Shown: positions 46,706 to 56,837 of the stretch, in pieces
Numbering within the stretch: the stretch's first letter is position 1
Layout of the letters: every line of letters begins with the position of its first letter
NCBI GenBank assembly: GCA_963730185.1
Contig: CAVSQW010000008.1
Coordinates: forward strand, 32,001 to 96,000
Length of the DNA stretch: 64,000 bases
Source: an uncultured Gemmatimonadales bacterium
GTDB taxonomy: Bacteria; Gemmatimonadota; Gemmatimonadetes; Gemmatimonadales; GWC2-71-9
Direction: 5' to 3'
Translations under genes and position numbers: made by a program
Notes under the pieces: model-generated
What the model was told of the DNA's origin: nothing
Databases searched by the model: none
The model's input: the letters and a program-made list of their open reading frames with translations, nothing else

Positions 46706-47712
46706 GTGGCCATTCGCGTGCTGCACTTCGGGCTGGGACCAATCGGGGTGGCGGGCTGCGGCAGGTCGCCAACCGCGCGGCTTCAAGGTGGTGAGGGCGT
46801 GGACATCGATCCCGGCAAGGCCGGACGGGACCTCGGCGACGTCGCCGACCTGGGCAAGCCGGCTCCGCGTCAAGGTGGGCGACGACAGCACCGCGAAGAC
46901 GATCGGGAAGACGAAGCCCGACGTGGTGGCCCTCTGCACGAGCTCGTCGCTAGGGACCGTGGTGCGGCAGCTCGAGGCAGCTTCAAGGCGAAGGACGCCG
47001 ATGGTCTCGACCACCGAGGAGCTGGCCTATCCCTGGTACTCCAACCGGCGGCACGCGCGAGCGGATCGACGCCGTGGCCAAGGCCGCCAAGGTCGCGGTG
47101 GTGGGCACCGGGCGTGAACCCAGGCTTCACGATGGACGCCCTGCCGATCGCGCTCACGGCGGTCTGCGAGCGAGTGGAGTGCGATCCACGTCGACCGGGT
47201 CCAGGACGCGAGCAGCCGGCGGCTGCCGTTCCAGCAGAAGATCGGCGCCGGCCTGACGACCGAGACAGTTCCAGGCGAGGGTCGCGACGCCCGCAGCGTC
47301 CGGCACGTCGGGCTTGACCGAGTCGATCGCGATGATCGCCGACGCGATGGGCTGGAAGCTCGAGCGGATCACGGACGAGATCCGCCGAAGATCGCGGAGG
47401 CCCGAACGTCGAGCGAGTTCCTGACGGTGGAGCCGGGTCTAGGTCTGCGGCATCATCCAGGACGGCGTGGGCTACCGCGACGGCGAGCCGATCCTCACCC
47501 TCCACATGGAGGCGTACTCGGCGCCGCCGGAGTCGTACGACGCCGTCAAGGTCGTCGGCTCACCCATGCTCCACTCCAAGATCGCGGGCGGGGTGCACGG
47601 TGACATTGCCACCGCCTCGATCACCGTCAACACGATGCCCGCCGTGCTGGAGGCCAGACCCGGTCTCCATACCATGCGGAGCCTGAGGCTACCGTCCTAC
47701 TTCCCGGGGTGA
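46706..47712 (+). CDS. DapB-like / 2,4-diaminopentanoate dehydrogenase-type NAD(P)H amine dehydrogenase; many frameshifts as sequenced
   Basis: GLGPIG, STTEELAYPW, NPGFTMD, RRLPFQQKIGAG, HVGLTES and GGVHGDIAT pieces across frames. Confidence 0.75.
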
Positions 47713-47763
47713 GCTTCGACCGGCGCCGGGAATCCGGGCCGGCGGAGCCGGGTCGGGGAGGGC

Positions 47764-49336
47764 CTACTGCCGGCTGATCGCCGACCGCCCTCCCCGGAGC
47801 ACGTACTTCTGCACCTTGCCGGTCGCGGTCTTCGGCAGCTCCGGCACCATGGTGAAGCTCTTCGGCACCTTGAAGCGCGCCATGTTGGCCCGGGCGTACT
47901 CCCGGAGCCCCTCGTCGGTCGCCTCGGCACCGGCCCGGAGCACCACGAAGGCGTGCGGCGCCTCGCCCCACTGCTCGTGCGGCAGGCCCACCACCGCCAC
48001 TTCCTGCGACCGCCGGGTGGCGGAGCAGGATCCCCTCCACCTCGACCGACGAGATGTTCTCGCCCCCGCTGATGATCACGTCCTTGAGCCGGTCGCGGAT
48101 CTCCGCGTAGCCGTCGGGATGGACCACGGCGGCGTCGCCGGTGTGCATCCAGCCGCCCAGCAGGGCGCGCTCGGTGGCGTCCGGGTCCTCGTAGTAACCC
48201 AGCATCACCACGTTGCCGCGGACCACGATCTCGCCTAACGTCGCCCCGTCGTGGGCCACCTCGTTCCCCGACTCGTCCACCACCAAGAGCTCGCCCGAGG
48301 TCACCAGCTCCACCCCCTGACGGGCCTTGAGGTCGGCCCGGTCCCGGAGGGAGAGCGCGTCGTGCTCCGGCAGCGGCTCGCAGATGGTGATGAACGGCGC
48401 CGTCTCCGTCATCCCGTAGACCTGGGTCACGGTCCAGCCCAGCTCGCCCTCGATCCGCTCGATCGTCGCGGCGGCCGGTGGGGCGCCGGCGGTGAACACC
48501 TGGACCCCGGGCCGGGCCCGTTTCCGGACCTCGTCGGGGGCGTGGGCCAGCCCGATCAGCACGGTCGGCGCGGCGCAGAGCGTAGTGATCCCTTCCCGCG
48601 CGACCAGGTCGTACACCGCGGCCGGGTCGACCTTCCGAAGGCAGACGTGGGTCCCGCCCACCGCGGTCACGATCCACACGAAGGTCCAGCCGTTCGCGTG
48701 GAACATCGGCAGGGTCCAGAGATACCGGTCCCGGACGCTCATGTGGTGATGGATCAGCGTGCCGACCGCGTTGAGGTAGGCGTTCCGGTGGGTGATCATC
48801 ACGCCCTTGGGGCGCGAGGTGGTGCCGCTGGTGTAGTTGATGGTGATCAGATCGTTCTCGTCGATCGGGGGCCGCTCGAAGGCCGGCGGGGTCTCGGCCA
48901 GGGTCTTCTCGTAGTCGATCCAGCCGTCCCGGGCGCCCTCCAGCGCGACGTAGTGCTCGACCGTGGGGATCCGGTTCCGGATCTCCTCGATCATCCCGAG
49001 GTAGTCGCGGTGGGCGCAGACCACGCTGCACCCCGAGTGGGCGATGATGTAGGCGAAGTCGTCGGCGGTGAGCCGGTAATTGATCGGGACCAGGACCGCG
49101 CCGATCTGCGGCACGGCGTAGAACGACTCCAGCTGGGCGTGGGTGTTCGGGGCGATGTAGGCGACCCGGTCTTTCGGCTTCACCCCGAGCCGCTGGAGCG
49201 CGGCCGACCAGCGGTCCGAGCGGTCGAAGAATTGTTCGTAGGTGAGTCGGAGATCGCCGTCGACCACCGCTTCTCGCTGCCCGTAGAGCCGGCGGGCGCG
49301 GCGGGCGAACTCCATCGGGGTAAGAGGGATTTCCAT
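47764..49336 (-). CDS. Acyl-CoA synthetase (AMP-binding), frameshift near 48005
   Basis: YTSGTTSRPKG, YGMTE, HTGD, RLKDVIISGGENI and PKTATGKVQK motifs. Confidence 0.9.
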
Positions 49337-49669
49337 GGCGGCTCCGTCAGGGGGCGCAAGGAGTCGGGCCCGCGCCAGGAGAATCGGTCGGGCCGTCAGC
49401 AGCGATGGCAGTGGGGCGGCTGGCGTTGGCATCCCGCCGTCCCGATCGATGTCAGATGCTACCCGAGAAACCGCGAAATGGCGAGCGAGTCGGGCCGCGT
49501 CACGGCACTGCATCCTTCTTCGGGTCGATCCGTCCAGTCCGAGGATTCCCAGCCTGGAGCGGCCTTCGCACTGGCTTCACGTCCCCTTCAAGAGCCCTCG
49601 CCAACTTCTCGATCAATCCACGCAGTAGGTCCATTCCCGCCGTCCCGAAGGCCCATCCGAGGAGGGAAG

Positions 49670-51085
49670 ATGACCCTCGCACCGGTCACCCGCCCCAGCG
49701 CCGCCGGCCTCTTTCACGACCTCGATGCCCGGTGGGAGCGCTGGTACGCCGACACGTACGGCTCGCCCACGCCGGACGCTCCCCTGGCGACCCCGGCGAT
49801 CGAGGCCACGCCGGCGGGACTCGAGCAGGAGATCTTCGTCAAGGCCTGTCTGCTGGCGGACGGCGTTCGGCTCGACCCCTCCGTGCTGACGGGCGTCGCC
49901 ACGGCGTACCGGGAGCAGTCCCGCTGGCTCTTCGACTGGAACCAGGGCGAGCACGAGTACTACCTGCCCGAGGAGATCCTCCTGCCGATGGACACCATCG
50001 TCCAGGTGCGGGAGAATCGGGACTCGCGCTGGCTCTGCACCGTCGAGGACGGGACGATGGTACTGAAGCGAGACGGCGCCTTCGTGATGGAGTGCCGGCA
50101 TCTTCCCCGGCCCCGCTACTACTCGCTCGAGGCGTCGCCCGGGGTCATCATGCGACGGGTGGCGCCCAAGCGAGGGCAGGACTGCCTGGTCCTCAACTAC
50201 GCGCCCTTCTGCATGTACTGGAGCCACGACCAGGGGTGCCGGTTCTGCAACATCGTGCCCAACATGCAGTGGACCAAGGACGACCTCCAGGTCTCCAAGC
50301 GGACCCGGGAGCAGATCGTCGCGACCACCCGAGCGGCGTTCGCCGAGGGAACGGTGCGGCACATCCTCCTGACCGGCGGCTACCTGAACCGGCGGGTCAA
50401 CGCCGCGGGCCAGGAGGTGGACCGGGAGGACGAGACGGTGCTCACCGTGATCGGGGCGATGCAGGAGGCGCTCGGCCGGCACGACATCCCGGTCAACGTG
50501 ATCCGCACCGCGCCGGAGGACGAGGACCTCAAGAGCATCGAGGCCCACAAGGCGGCGGGCGTTCATTCCGTCGCCTACAACCTCGAGGTCTGGGACCCGG
50601 TGCTCTTCGGGTACTTCTGCCCCGGGAAGGCCGGCGTCCAGGGGCGGGCCCATTGGCTCCGGGCGCTGGAAATGGCAGCCGAGGTCTACGGGCCCGGACG
50701 GGTGAGCACCCACCTGGTGACCGGGTTCATGGAGCCGCCGGAAAGCATCCTCGAAGGGGTGGAGTGGCTCTCCTCCCGCGGGATCGCCACCATCCCGCTC
50801 ATCTGGAGCCCGGTGCCGGGCACCCGCTACGACCAGTTCCGGGCGCCGCGGCCCGAGTGGTTCGTCGAGATGGCGGGGAAGATCGCCGACATTCGTCTCG
50901 AGCACGGGGTGGACGCGTTCGAGCCGGCCGCGCTGCCGAACGACTGCCCCCACTGCGCGATGCCGAGCCTGATCGCGGACGAGCTCCGGCGGCGGAAGCT
51001 GGAGCGGGAGCGGGTCAGAGGTGCGAGCGGGAGTCGATCGGTTGAGGCGCCGACGGATCAGGTCCAGACGACCGGGACCCGGTAG
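49670..51085 (+). CDS. Radical SAM protein with a non-canonical CX8CX2C motif (resembles the MSMEG_0568-type family)
   Basis: CMYWSHDQGCRFC (50210-50248), LLTGG, NLEVWD...CPGK, C-terminal DCPHC; GGAGG RBS before ATG 49670. Confidence 0.8.
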   Translation: MTLAPVTRPSAAGLFHDLDARWERWYADTYGSPTPDAPLATPAIEATPAGLEQEIFVKACLLADGVRLDPSVLTGVATAYREQSRWLFDWNQGEHEYYLPEEILLPMDTIVQVRENRDSRWLCTVEDGTMVLKRDGAFVMECRHLPRPRYYSLEASPGVIMRRVAPKRGQDCLVLNYAPFCMYWSHDQGCRFCNIVPNMQWTKDDLQVSKRTREQIVATTRAAFAEGTVRHILLTGGYLNRRVNAAGQEVDREDETVLTVIGAMQEALGRHDIPVNVIRTAPEDEDLKSIEAHKAAGVHSVAYNLEVWDPVLFGYFCPGKAGVQGRAHWLRALEMAAEVYGPGRVSTHLVTGFMEPPESILEGVEWLSSRGIATIPLIWSPVPGTRYDQFRAPRPEWFVEMAGKIADIRLEHGVDAFEPAALPNDCPHCAMPSLIADELRRRKLERERVRGASGSRSVEAPTDQVQTTGTR

Positions 51086-51432
51086 GGCTCGAGCTGCCGG
51101 TCGGCGGTGACGAGCGTCAGCCCTTCCACCTGCGCCTGGGCGACGAGCATCCGGTCGAACGGGTCGGCGTGATGGGCAGGCAGATCGCGGACCGCTTCGG
51201 CGTGCGCCATGCCGACCGCGAGCGGGGTGAACTCGCTCTGCTCCACGGCGGCGGCGAAGGAGCCGGGGAAGCGGAGCTTGCCTAACCGCACCTTGATCGA
51301 GGCTTCCCAGGCCGAGGCCGCGCTCACGTAGACGAGCGTGGCCCGGGAGATGGCGCGTTCGGCCGCGCGATCGATGCGGCGGGGGTCGCTCCGCCACCAG
51401 AGGAAGACCTGGGTGTCGAGCAGGAGCTTCAC
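51058..51432 (-). CDS. vapC: PIN-domain toxin of a type II TA system
   Basis: LLLDTQVFLW, SAASAWE, HHADPFDRMLVAQA and LVTAD motifs. Confidence 0.92.
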   Translation of the reverse strand: MKLLLDTQVFLWWRSDPRRIDRAAERAISRATLVYVSAASAWEASIKVRLGKLRFPGSFAAAVEQSEFTPLAVGMAHAEAVRDLPAHHADPFDRMLVAQAQVEGLTLVTADRQLEPYRVPVVWT

Positions 51433-51704
51433 GAGTCGGTCGGCTCCTGCTCGCCGCCGGCCGGCTCGCCGTCGGTGAACTCGGACAGCACCCCGGCGGG
51501 GAGGGGCCCGTCGAAGTCCTCGGCGATCCAGACCAGGCCTTCCCAGCCGCCCGGGGTCCTCCCGTGCTCGACTCCGGCCAGCGGCACCAGGCGCGCGAGT
51601 GGCTTACCTGCCTTGGCGATCACGATTTCCTCCCCGGCGGCGGCCCGATCCACCAGGTCGGACAGGTGGGTCTTGGCCTGGTAGAGATTATAGGTGTCGT
51701 CCAC
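51429..51704 (-). CDS. Phd/YefM-family antitoxin
   Basis: YNLYQAKTHLSDLVDRAAAGEEIVIAKAGKPLARLVP; GTGA overlap with the toxin gene. Confidence 0.9.
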   Translation of the reverse strand: MDDTYNLYQAKTHLSDLVDRAAAGEEIVIAKAGKPLARLVPLAGVEHGRTPGGWEGLVWIAEDFDGPLPAGVLSEFTDGEPAGGEQEPTDS

Positions 51705-51717
51705 GGCGCGCTCCGAG

Positions 51718-51770
51718 TTGGTCTGAGAGACCAAACTATGAAGATCATAGCATTTGGTCAAGTAGACCAA
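51718..51770. promoter_or_regulatory. Two TTGGTC-N5-GACCAA palindromes; probable TA autoregulatory operators
   Basis: Sites at 51718-51734 and 51754-51770 flank CTATGA-AGA-TCATAG, just upstream of the antitoxin. Confidence 0.75.
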
Positions 51771-51892
51771 CTACCGAGATACGGTGCCGCCCGACGCCGA
51801 TCACGATACCGGGGCTCAGCCCCGGCCAGCTAACCATTTTCGTGCGGGCCAGGGGCGCGCCGCCGCGCTCGCGGCGGCATGCCGGGTGCAGC

Positions 51893-53053
51893 CTAGAAGA
51901 TGTTGGGCTCGTGGGCCAGGGCGCCCTCGCGAAAGCGGGTGAGCCGCAGGGAATCGACGTCGATGGTGTGGGCCCGCCCGTCGAGGATCTCCTCCGCCAT
52001 CAGCATCCCGGTGGCCGGCGAGTGCAGCACGCCGTGCCCGCTGAACCCGTTGGCGTCCACCCAGGTGGGCCGGTCCGGGTGGCGTCCGAGAATGGGGAGG
52101 TGGTCCGGGGTGATCTCGTAGAGCCCGGCCCAGCAGCTCTTCATCGCGAGTCCGGCGTCCTCCAGGGTGGGGAACCGCCGGATGCCGGCCTCGAGCACCC
52201 GCTCCAGCCACTCCCAGTCCACGTCCAGGCGCTCGCTCGACGGCTCGGCCAGGTTCGAGAGGCCGAAGAGGACGTTGTCGTGCTCTTTGCGGAGGTAGAA
52301 GCCGCTCCCCACGTCGATGGTGAGCGGAATGTCCCGGGGAATCGGCGCGAACGGCTCGGTGAAGTAGATACAGCGGCGGTAGGGCAGGACCGGGTTCTCC
52401 AGTCCGGCGAGCCGGGCCACCTGGCCGGCCCAGGCGCCGGCCGCGTTCACCAGGGTCTCGCAGGCAATCCGGCCGGCGGGGGTCTCGACGGAGAAGGTCC
52501 CGTCCGCCGCGAGCCGAATGCCGGTGACCGGCGCACCGCACTCGAGCCGGACCCCCAGCTCGCGGGCCCGGGTCAGGTATCCCATCGCCACGCCATGGGG
52601 GTCGCAGTAGCCGTCCTGAGCGCAGAACGTCGCCCCGACGAGGTCGTCGATTTGGGTGCCGGGCACGATGCCCGGCACGTCCTCGGGCGCGAGGAGCCTG
52701 GTGGGCACACCCAGCGAGTTCTGCAGGGCCACGTTGCGCTGGGAGGCGGCCCAGGTGGCCGGGTCGTCGACCAGCAGGAGGTAGCCGACCTGGCGGAGAC
52801 CCGAGTCGGCCCCCACTTCCTCGGCGAAGCGACCGAGCCGCTCGATGCTGTACTGGGAGAGCCGGATGTTGACGGCGGTGCCGAATTGGTGGCGCACCCC
52901 TGCCGCCGAGCGGGCCGTGCTCCCGGTGACCGGCGCGTCCGCCCGCTCGAGCAGCAGGACGTCGCGGCAACCCCGGACGGCGAGATGGTACGCGACGGAG
53001 GCGCCGACGATGCCGGCGCCGACGATCACCACCGACGCGGGTCGCTCGCTCAC
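51893..53053 (-). CDS. FAD-dependent oxidoreductase (DAO / sarcosine oxidase beta-like)
   Basis: GAGIVG, STARSAAGVR, VNAAGAW, WAGLYEITPDHLPILG and GFSGHG motifs. Confidence 0.9.
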   Translation of the reverse strand: MSERPASVVIVGAGIVGASVAYHLAVRGCRDVLLLERADAPVTGSTARSAAGVRHQFGTAVNIRLSQYSIERLGRFAEEVGADSGLRQVGYLLLVDDPATWAASQRNVALQNSLGVPTRLLAPEDVPGIVPGTQIDDLVGATFCAQDGYCDPHGVAMGYLTRARELGVRLECGAPVTGIRLAADGTFSVETPAGRIACETLVNAAGAWAGQVARLAGLENPVLPYRRCIYFTEPFAPIPRDIPLTIDVGSGFYLRKEHDNVLFGLSNLAEPSSERLDVDWEWLERVLEAGIRRFPTLEDAGLAMKSCWAGLYEITPDHLPILGRHPDRPTWVDANGFSGHGVLHSPATGMLMAEEILDGRAHTIDVDSLRLTRFREGALAHEPNIF

Positions 53054-53083
53054 GGCCTCGAATCCTCGCCGGGCGTCCGGTGC

Positions 53084-55403
53084 TCAGCCCGCACCCGGGC
53101 CGAGTGTAACCCGGCGATGGACGATGGTGACGTCGCCGGTCTGGCTGGGCAGGACGCCGGCCGGCCGCGGCGGGATGGTCACCCCCGGCAGCGGCGGCAG
53201 CCCGGCCGACTGGGCCATCAGGTCGAGGACCGGCTCGCCCCCGGTCGGGAGCTCGAGCTCGAGGGAGAAGCCGGAATCGGCCGGAGGGGCCCAGTAGCTG
53301 ACCTGCCAGGGCGACGGGTGGAACCGGTAGCGGGTCGTGTCCACGGCCCGCCCGTCGAGCCGCGACGCCAGGACCGGCACGCCCGACACCCGGAGGGAGA
53401 GCATCGTGGTCCCGGGGGCCGCGGTGATCGTCAGGCGCACCCGCCGCCGATCGGCGGTGGTCGAGTCGCTCGCGACGGTCACCTCCGGCGGGGCGATGGC
53501 CACCCGGGGCGCCGGGGCCGCCAGCACGGGGAACCGGCCTCCGCCGAGGCTGGTGAGCCAGCGAGCCGTCGGCCCCGGCGGAGTCCGGCCCGTCCGCCGT
53601 GACCCGGCGGGCATCGGGCCCGAGCGCCGACCGGTTCCAGCTGCCGGGTTTGGCAAACCCGTCGGCGGTGACGAGATAGGCGCCGAGCGAGTCCGCGTCC
53701 TGTTGCGTAGGCGAGAAACGACCGGACCGGGAAGGGGGTCCGGCGGCCCGCGATCCAGCCTCCGGCGAGCAGCATGACACCGGCGGCGAGCGCGACCGAC
53801 CGCCCGGCGCCAGGGGTGGTCCGCGGCGACCCGTTCCAGCACCGGCGCCACCAGCCAGACCGAGAGCGGGGTGAGGGCCGCGACCGCGATCCCGCCGGGG
53901 CCGCCGACGCCGAGGGCGACGAGGCCCATGCCATAGGCCAGGGGCACCACCAGGAGGCCGATCGCCACGACCGGAAGCCAGCGAAGCGCGAGCCGCCGCC
54001 GGGTGCGGCCGGGGCCGAGCCGCGGCTACGGCGGCCAGCGCCGCGGCGATCACCGGCCACACCGCGACGAACGAGAGCCCGGGCAGCTTCCAGCTCGCCG
54101 CGGTCGCCAGGGCGGTCCAGAGGAGGAGCGGGCCGAGACCGGTCGCGGCGCCCGACACCCAGCGCCGGATCACCGCCCAGGCCAGCATCGCCAGGCCGAC
54201 GCCCGAGAGCACGAGGCCGATCGCGTAGGCGCCTCGGACCCCCGGCGCGGAAATCCCGTCCGGCAGCGATCGTCCGAGACGCCAGGCGAGCGCTCCGGCC
54301 GCGGCGGTCGTGATCGCCAGCGCCACGACGCCCAGCACCGGTCCGAGGAGCCAGCGGCGTTCCCGGCGGCCGACCGCCACCAGCGCGATCACGACCAGGA
54401 TCACCGCCAGGGTGGCGATCGGCCGGGCCCAGGCTTCGGGATATACCACCAGCCCGACCCAGGGGAGGTTGAAGAAGATCGCGTTGCCGGTGGTGGGCCG
54501 CGGGAGCTCGCCCCGCCCGGCGGCGCGAACCACGCCGAGCGCCGCCCCGCCTTCCTGCTGGATCGACCCCGGATCGAGATGGGCGACGTCGTCCTCGGAG
54601 GTGTGGTACCGCTCGACCCCGTCGGCGAAGGCGAAGTTGAGGGCCGGGGTATCGAGCCGGAAGAGCTCGGAGAGATCGGTGTCGTTGGGGAGGAACTGGT
54701 AGACGGTCACCGCCACGGAGCTGGCCGCGGCGTCCCGCTGGCGCCGGAGGATCCGGAGCTGGTCGAGATTGTCGGGGCCGGTCTGGAACATCGTGGCGGT
54801 GCCGCCGGTGCCCCGGGCCTCGAAGTTGAGGGTCAGCGCGACGTCCTTGGCCCAGGGATGCTCGGTCACGAAGGCGGCGGCGCCGAGCAGGCCCGCTTCC
54901 TCGCCGTCGGTGAAGAGGAAGATCACGTCGTGGTCGAGCGGCGCGCCGGCCCGGAGGGCGCGGAGGCACTCCAGCAGCACCGCCGATCCGGAGCCGTCGT
55001 CGCCCGCGGCGGGAGCGGCGCCCACGCCGTCGTAGTGGGCCACCAGCATGATGGCGCGCCCGCCCGGGGTCCGGCCCGGCAGCCGGGCGACCACGTTCTC
55101 GATCCGGCCCGCCTCCGGGAACCGGGTGCCCACCGCCGTGGTCCGCTGGATCTCGGGCTCGAGCCCGGCCTCGCGGAGACGGCTCACGACGTAGTCGCGG
55201 ACCCGCTCGTGGTCGGCGGATCCGGGCGGATGGGGACGCTGGGCCATCGCCCGGACGTGGACCATGGCCCGCTCGGCGGAGAAGACCGAGTCGGGGGCGG
55301 TGGCCGGGACGGGGTGGGGCGGCCCCTGGGACGCGTAGGCGAGGAATCCGGCGAGGAGCACCAGGGCGACGAGGGCGTCGCCGATCGGAGAGCGGTTGGG
55401 CAT
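53084..55403 (-). CDS. Membrane-bound M28-family peptidase (frameshifts at about 53.6-54.0 kb)
   Basis: FSAERA, AHYD, AGDDGSG, GEEAGLLGA, NFEARG, NDTD and YHT motifs, followed by multiple transmembrane helices. Confidence 0.85.
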
Positions 55404-55495
55404 GGGGCGAATCTGAACCCGAAAAGCGAGGTCAGCCAGTTCTCCCCAGGACCTCGGGCCCGGGGCGGGCCATGTCGCTCGGCCCAGCGTCCGGG

Positions 55496-56056
55496 TCAGG
55501 CCGACCCGAGCACCAGGTCGAAGAGGGCGGCGAGGTCGATGACGAGCAGTGGTCCGGCGGGGTCGGGGCGCCACTCGAGCAGCCGGTCGGCGATGGTGGG
55601 ACTCACCGCCGCGGGCGTCCACGCCTCCACCATCCGGGCGTCCAGATCGACGATCCAGTAGAGCGGGACACCGGAGCGCTGGTACCGGCGCCGCTTGACG
55701 ATCCGGTCGAACCGGGCGGTGGTGGGGGAGACCACCTCGGCGACGAGGAGCGGGATCGGGCAGTCGGACCACTCCCGAGCTTCGCGGCCACCGACCAGGC
55801 CGACTACGAAGAGATCGGGCTGTGAGAGCTGGCCGCTCTGGAGGTCGAGGTCGGCGGGCGAGAGACAGGTGGTCCCGATCCGGTTGGCGCGGACCCAGGG
55901 GGCGATGCGTTCGAAGAGGGCCTGGACGGCCAGCTGATGGACCATCCGGGGGCTGGGCGTCACCAGGAGCTCGCCGTCGATGAGCTCGTAACGGTTGCCG
56001 TCCTCGGGGAGGGCGAGTACCTCGTCGCGGGTCCAGGATCGGGCGCTGGGAACCAT
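55496..56056 (-). CDS. Uma2-family (PD-(D/E)XK) endonuclease
   Basis: RYELIDGEL, QPDLFV, LVAEVVSP, DRIVKRRRY and YWIVD motifs. Confidence 0.9.
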   Translation of the reverse strand: MVPSARSWTRDEVLALPEDGNRYELIDGELLVTPSPRMVHQLAVQALFERIAPWVRANRIGTTCLSPADLDLQSGQLSQPDLFVVGLVGGREAREWSDCPIPLLVAEVVSPTTARFDRIVKRRRYQRSGVPLYWIVDLDARMVEAWTPAAVSPTIADRLLEWRPDPAGPLLVIDLAALFDLVLGSA

Positions 56057-56260
56057 GCCAATACGCTACGCTCGGCCGGAGGGTGGAGGCAAGGGAGCAT
56101 TCACCCAAGGTGGCCGCGCGGGGGATGGGTCCGGCTAACCCAATTCGCGCGAAAGGGTGACGGGACTCGGCGGGGATTCCATAGGCGGGGGTCCGGGGCT
56201 ACACTTCCGGCCCGGCGTGGGAGGACGATCGGGCCCGCGGTCGGGTGGATGTGGTACAGA

Positions 56261-56334
56261 CGGGACGTGGCGCAGCCCGGTAGCGCACCTGAATGGGGTT
56301 CAGGGGGTCGCGGGTTCGAATCCCGCCGTCCCGA
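56261..56334 (+). tRNA. tRNA-Pro(GGG), CCA not encoded
   Basis: Acceptor stem CGGGACG/CGTCCCG; D-arm GCGC-AGCCCGGTA-GCGC; anticodon arm CCTGA-ATGGGGT-TCAGG; T-arm GCGGG-TTCGAAT-CCCGC. Confidence 0.97.
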
Positions 56335-56346
56335 TCGATCTAAACC

Positions 56347-56387
56347 AAGCTCTCACATGGGGTTCGCCCGTGTGAGAGCTTTGCTTT
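56347..56387 (+). terminator. Rho-independent terminator after tRNA-Pro
   Basis: AGCTCTCACATGGG-GTTCG-CCCGTGTGAGAGCT followed by TTGCTTT. Confidence 0.7.
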
Positions 56388-56790
56388 GCGACGGGCGGGA
56401 CCATTACTCTCTGGCGGGTTACCAATAGAACCTCAGGAGCGACGCCGTCTCCGTTCGCCAACGAGGAGCGTGCCCGGTGCGTTGGATTGCCAAGAACCAT
56501 CCGGTTTCTGGCTCGGTGGACTCGGAGGCGTTCTGTGGATCGCGCTGGCGGTGAACCGGCTTGGGCTATGATGACGGGCTCGGCGCCGTAATCGTTCCGC
56601 TCGCACTGATCCTGCTTGGACCCTTCGTTCTCGCCGCTATGATGATGGACCTGGTGTGCCCGAGTGCCAGGGCATGGTTCAATGGAGTTGTAACGCCGGT
56701 GTTCGGCGCCGCCAGGTCACTCTGCGGAAGTCCACAGGGGGTTCGCCCGTGTGAGAGCCTCTGCTTTGGAGGGCCAGGACCAATACTTTC
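56354..56790. repeat. Diverged direct repeat of about 58 bp (56354-56411 and 56733-56790) with a 21-bp identical core
   Basis: GGGGTTCGCCCGTGTGAGAGC at 56359-56379 and 56738-56758. Confidence 0.85.
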
Positions 56791-56837
56791 ACGCCGCTCA
56801 GCGCGCCCGCTCCGCCACACCGGACCTCGTGGCACCG

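Noticed and set aside
48251..49669. N-terminal half of the 944-aa ORF as part of a giant radical SAM protein
   Set aside because: It is largely the antisense shadow of the acyl-CoA synthetase; a good RBS and ATG lie at 49661-49672.
51058..56056. TA pair plus Uma2 nuclease as a defence island
   Set aside because: They are separated by ordinary metabolic genes, both families are commonly scattered in such genomes, and no other defence genes are present.
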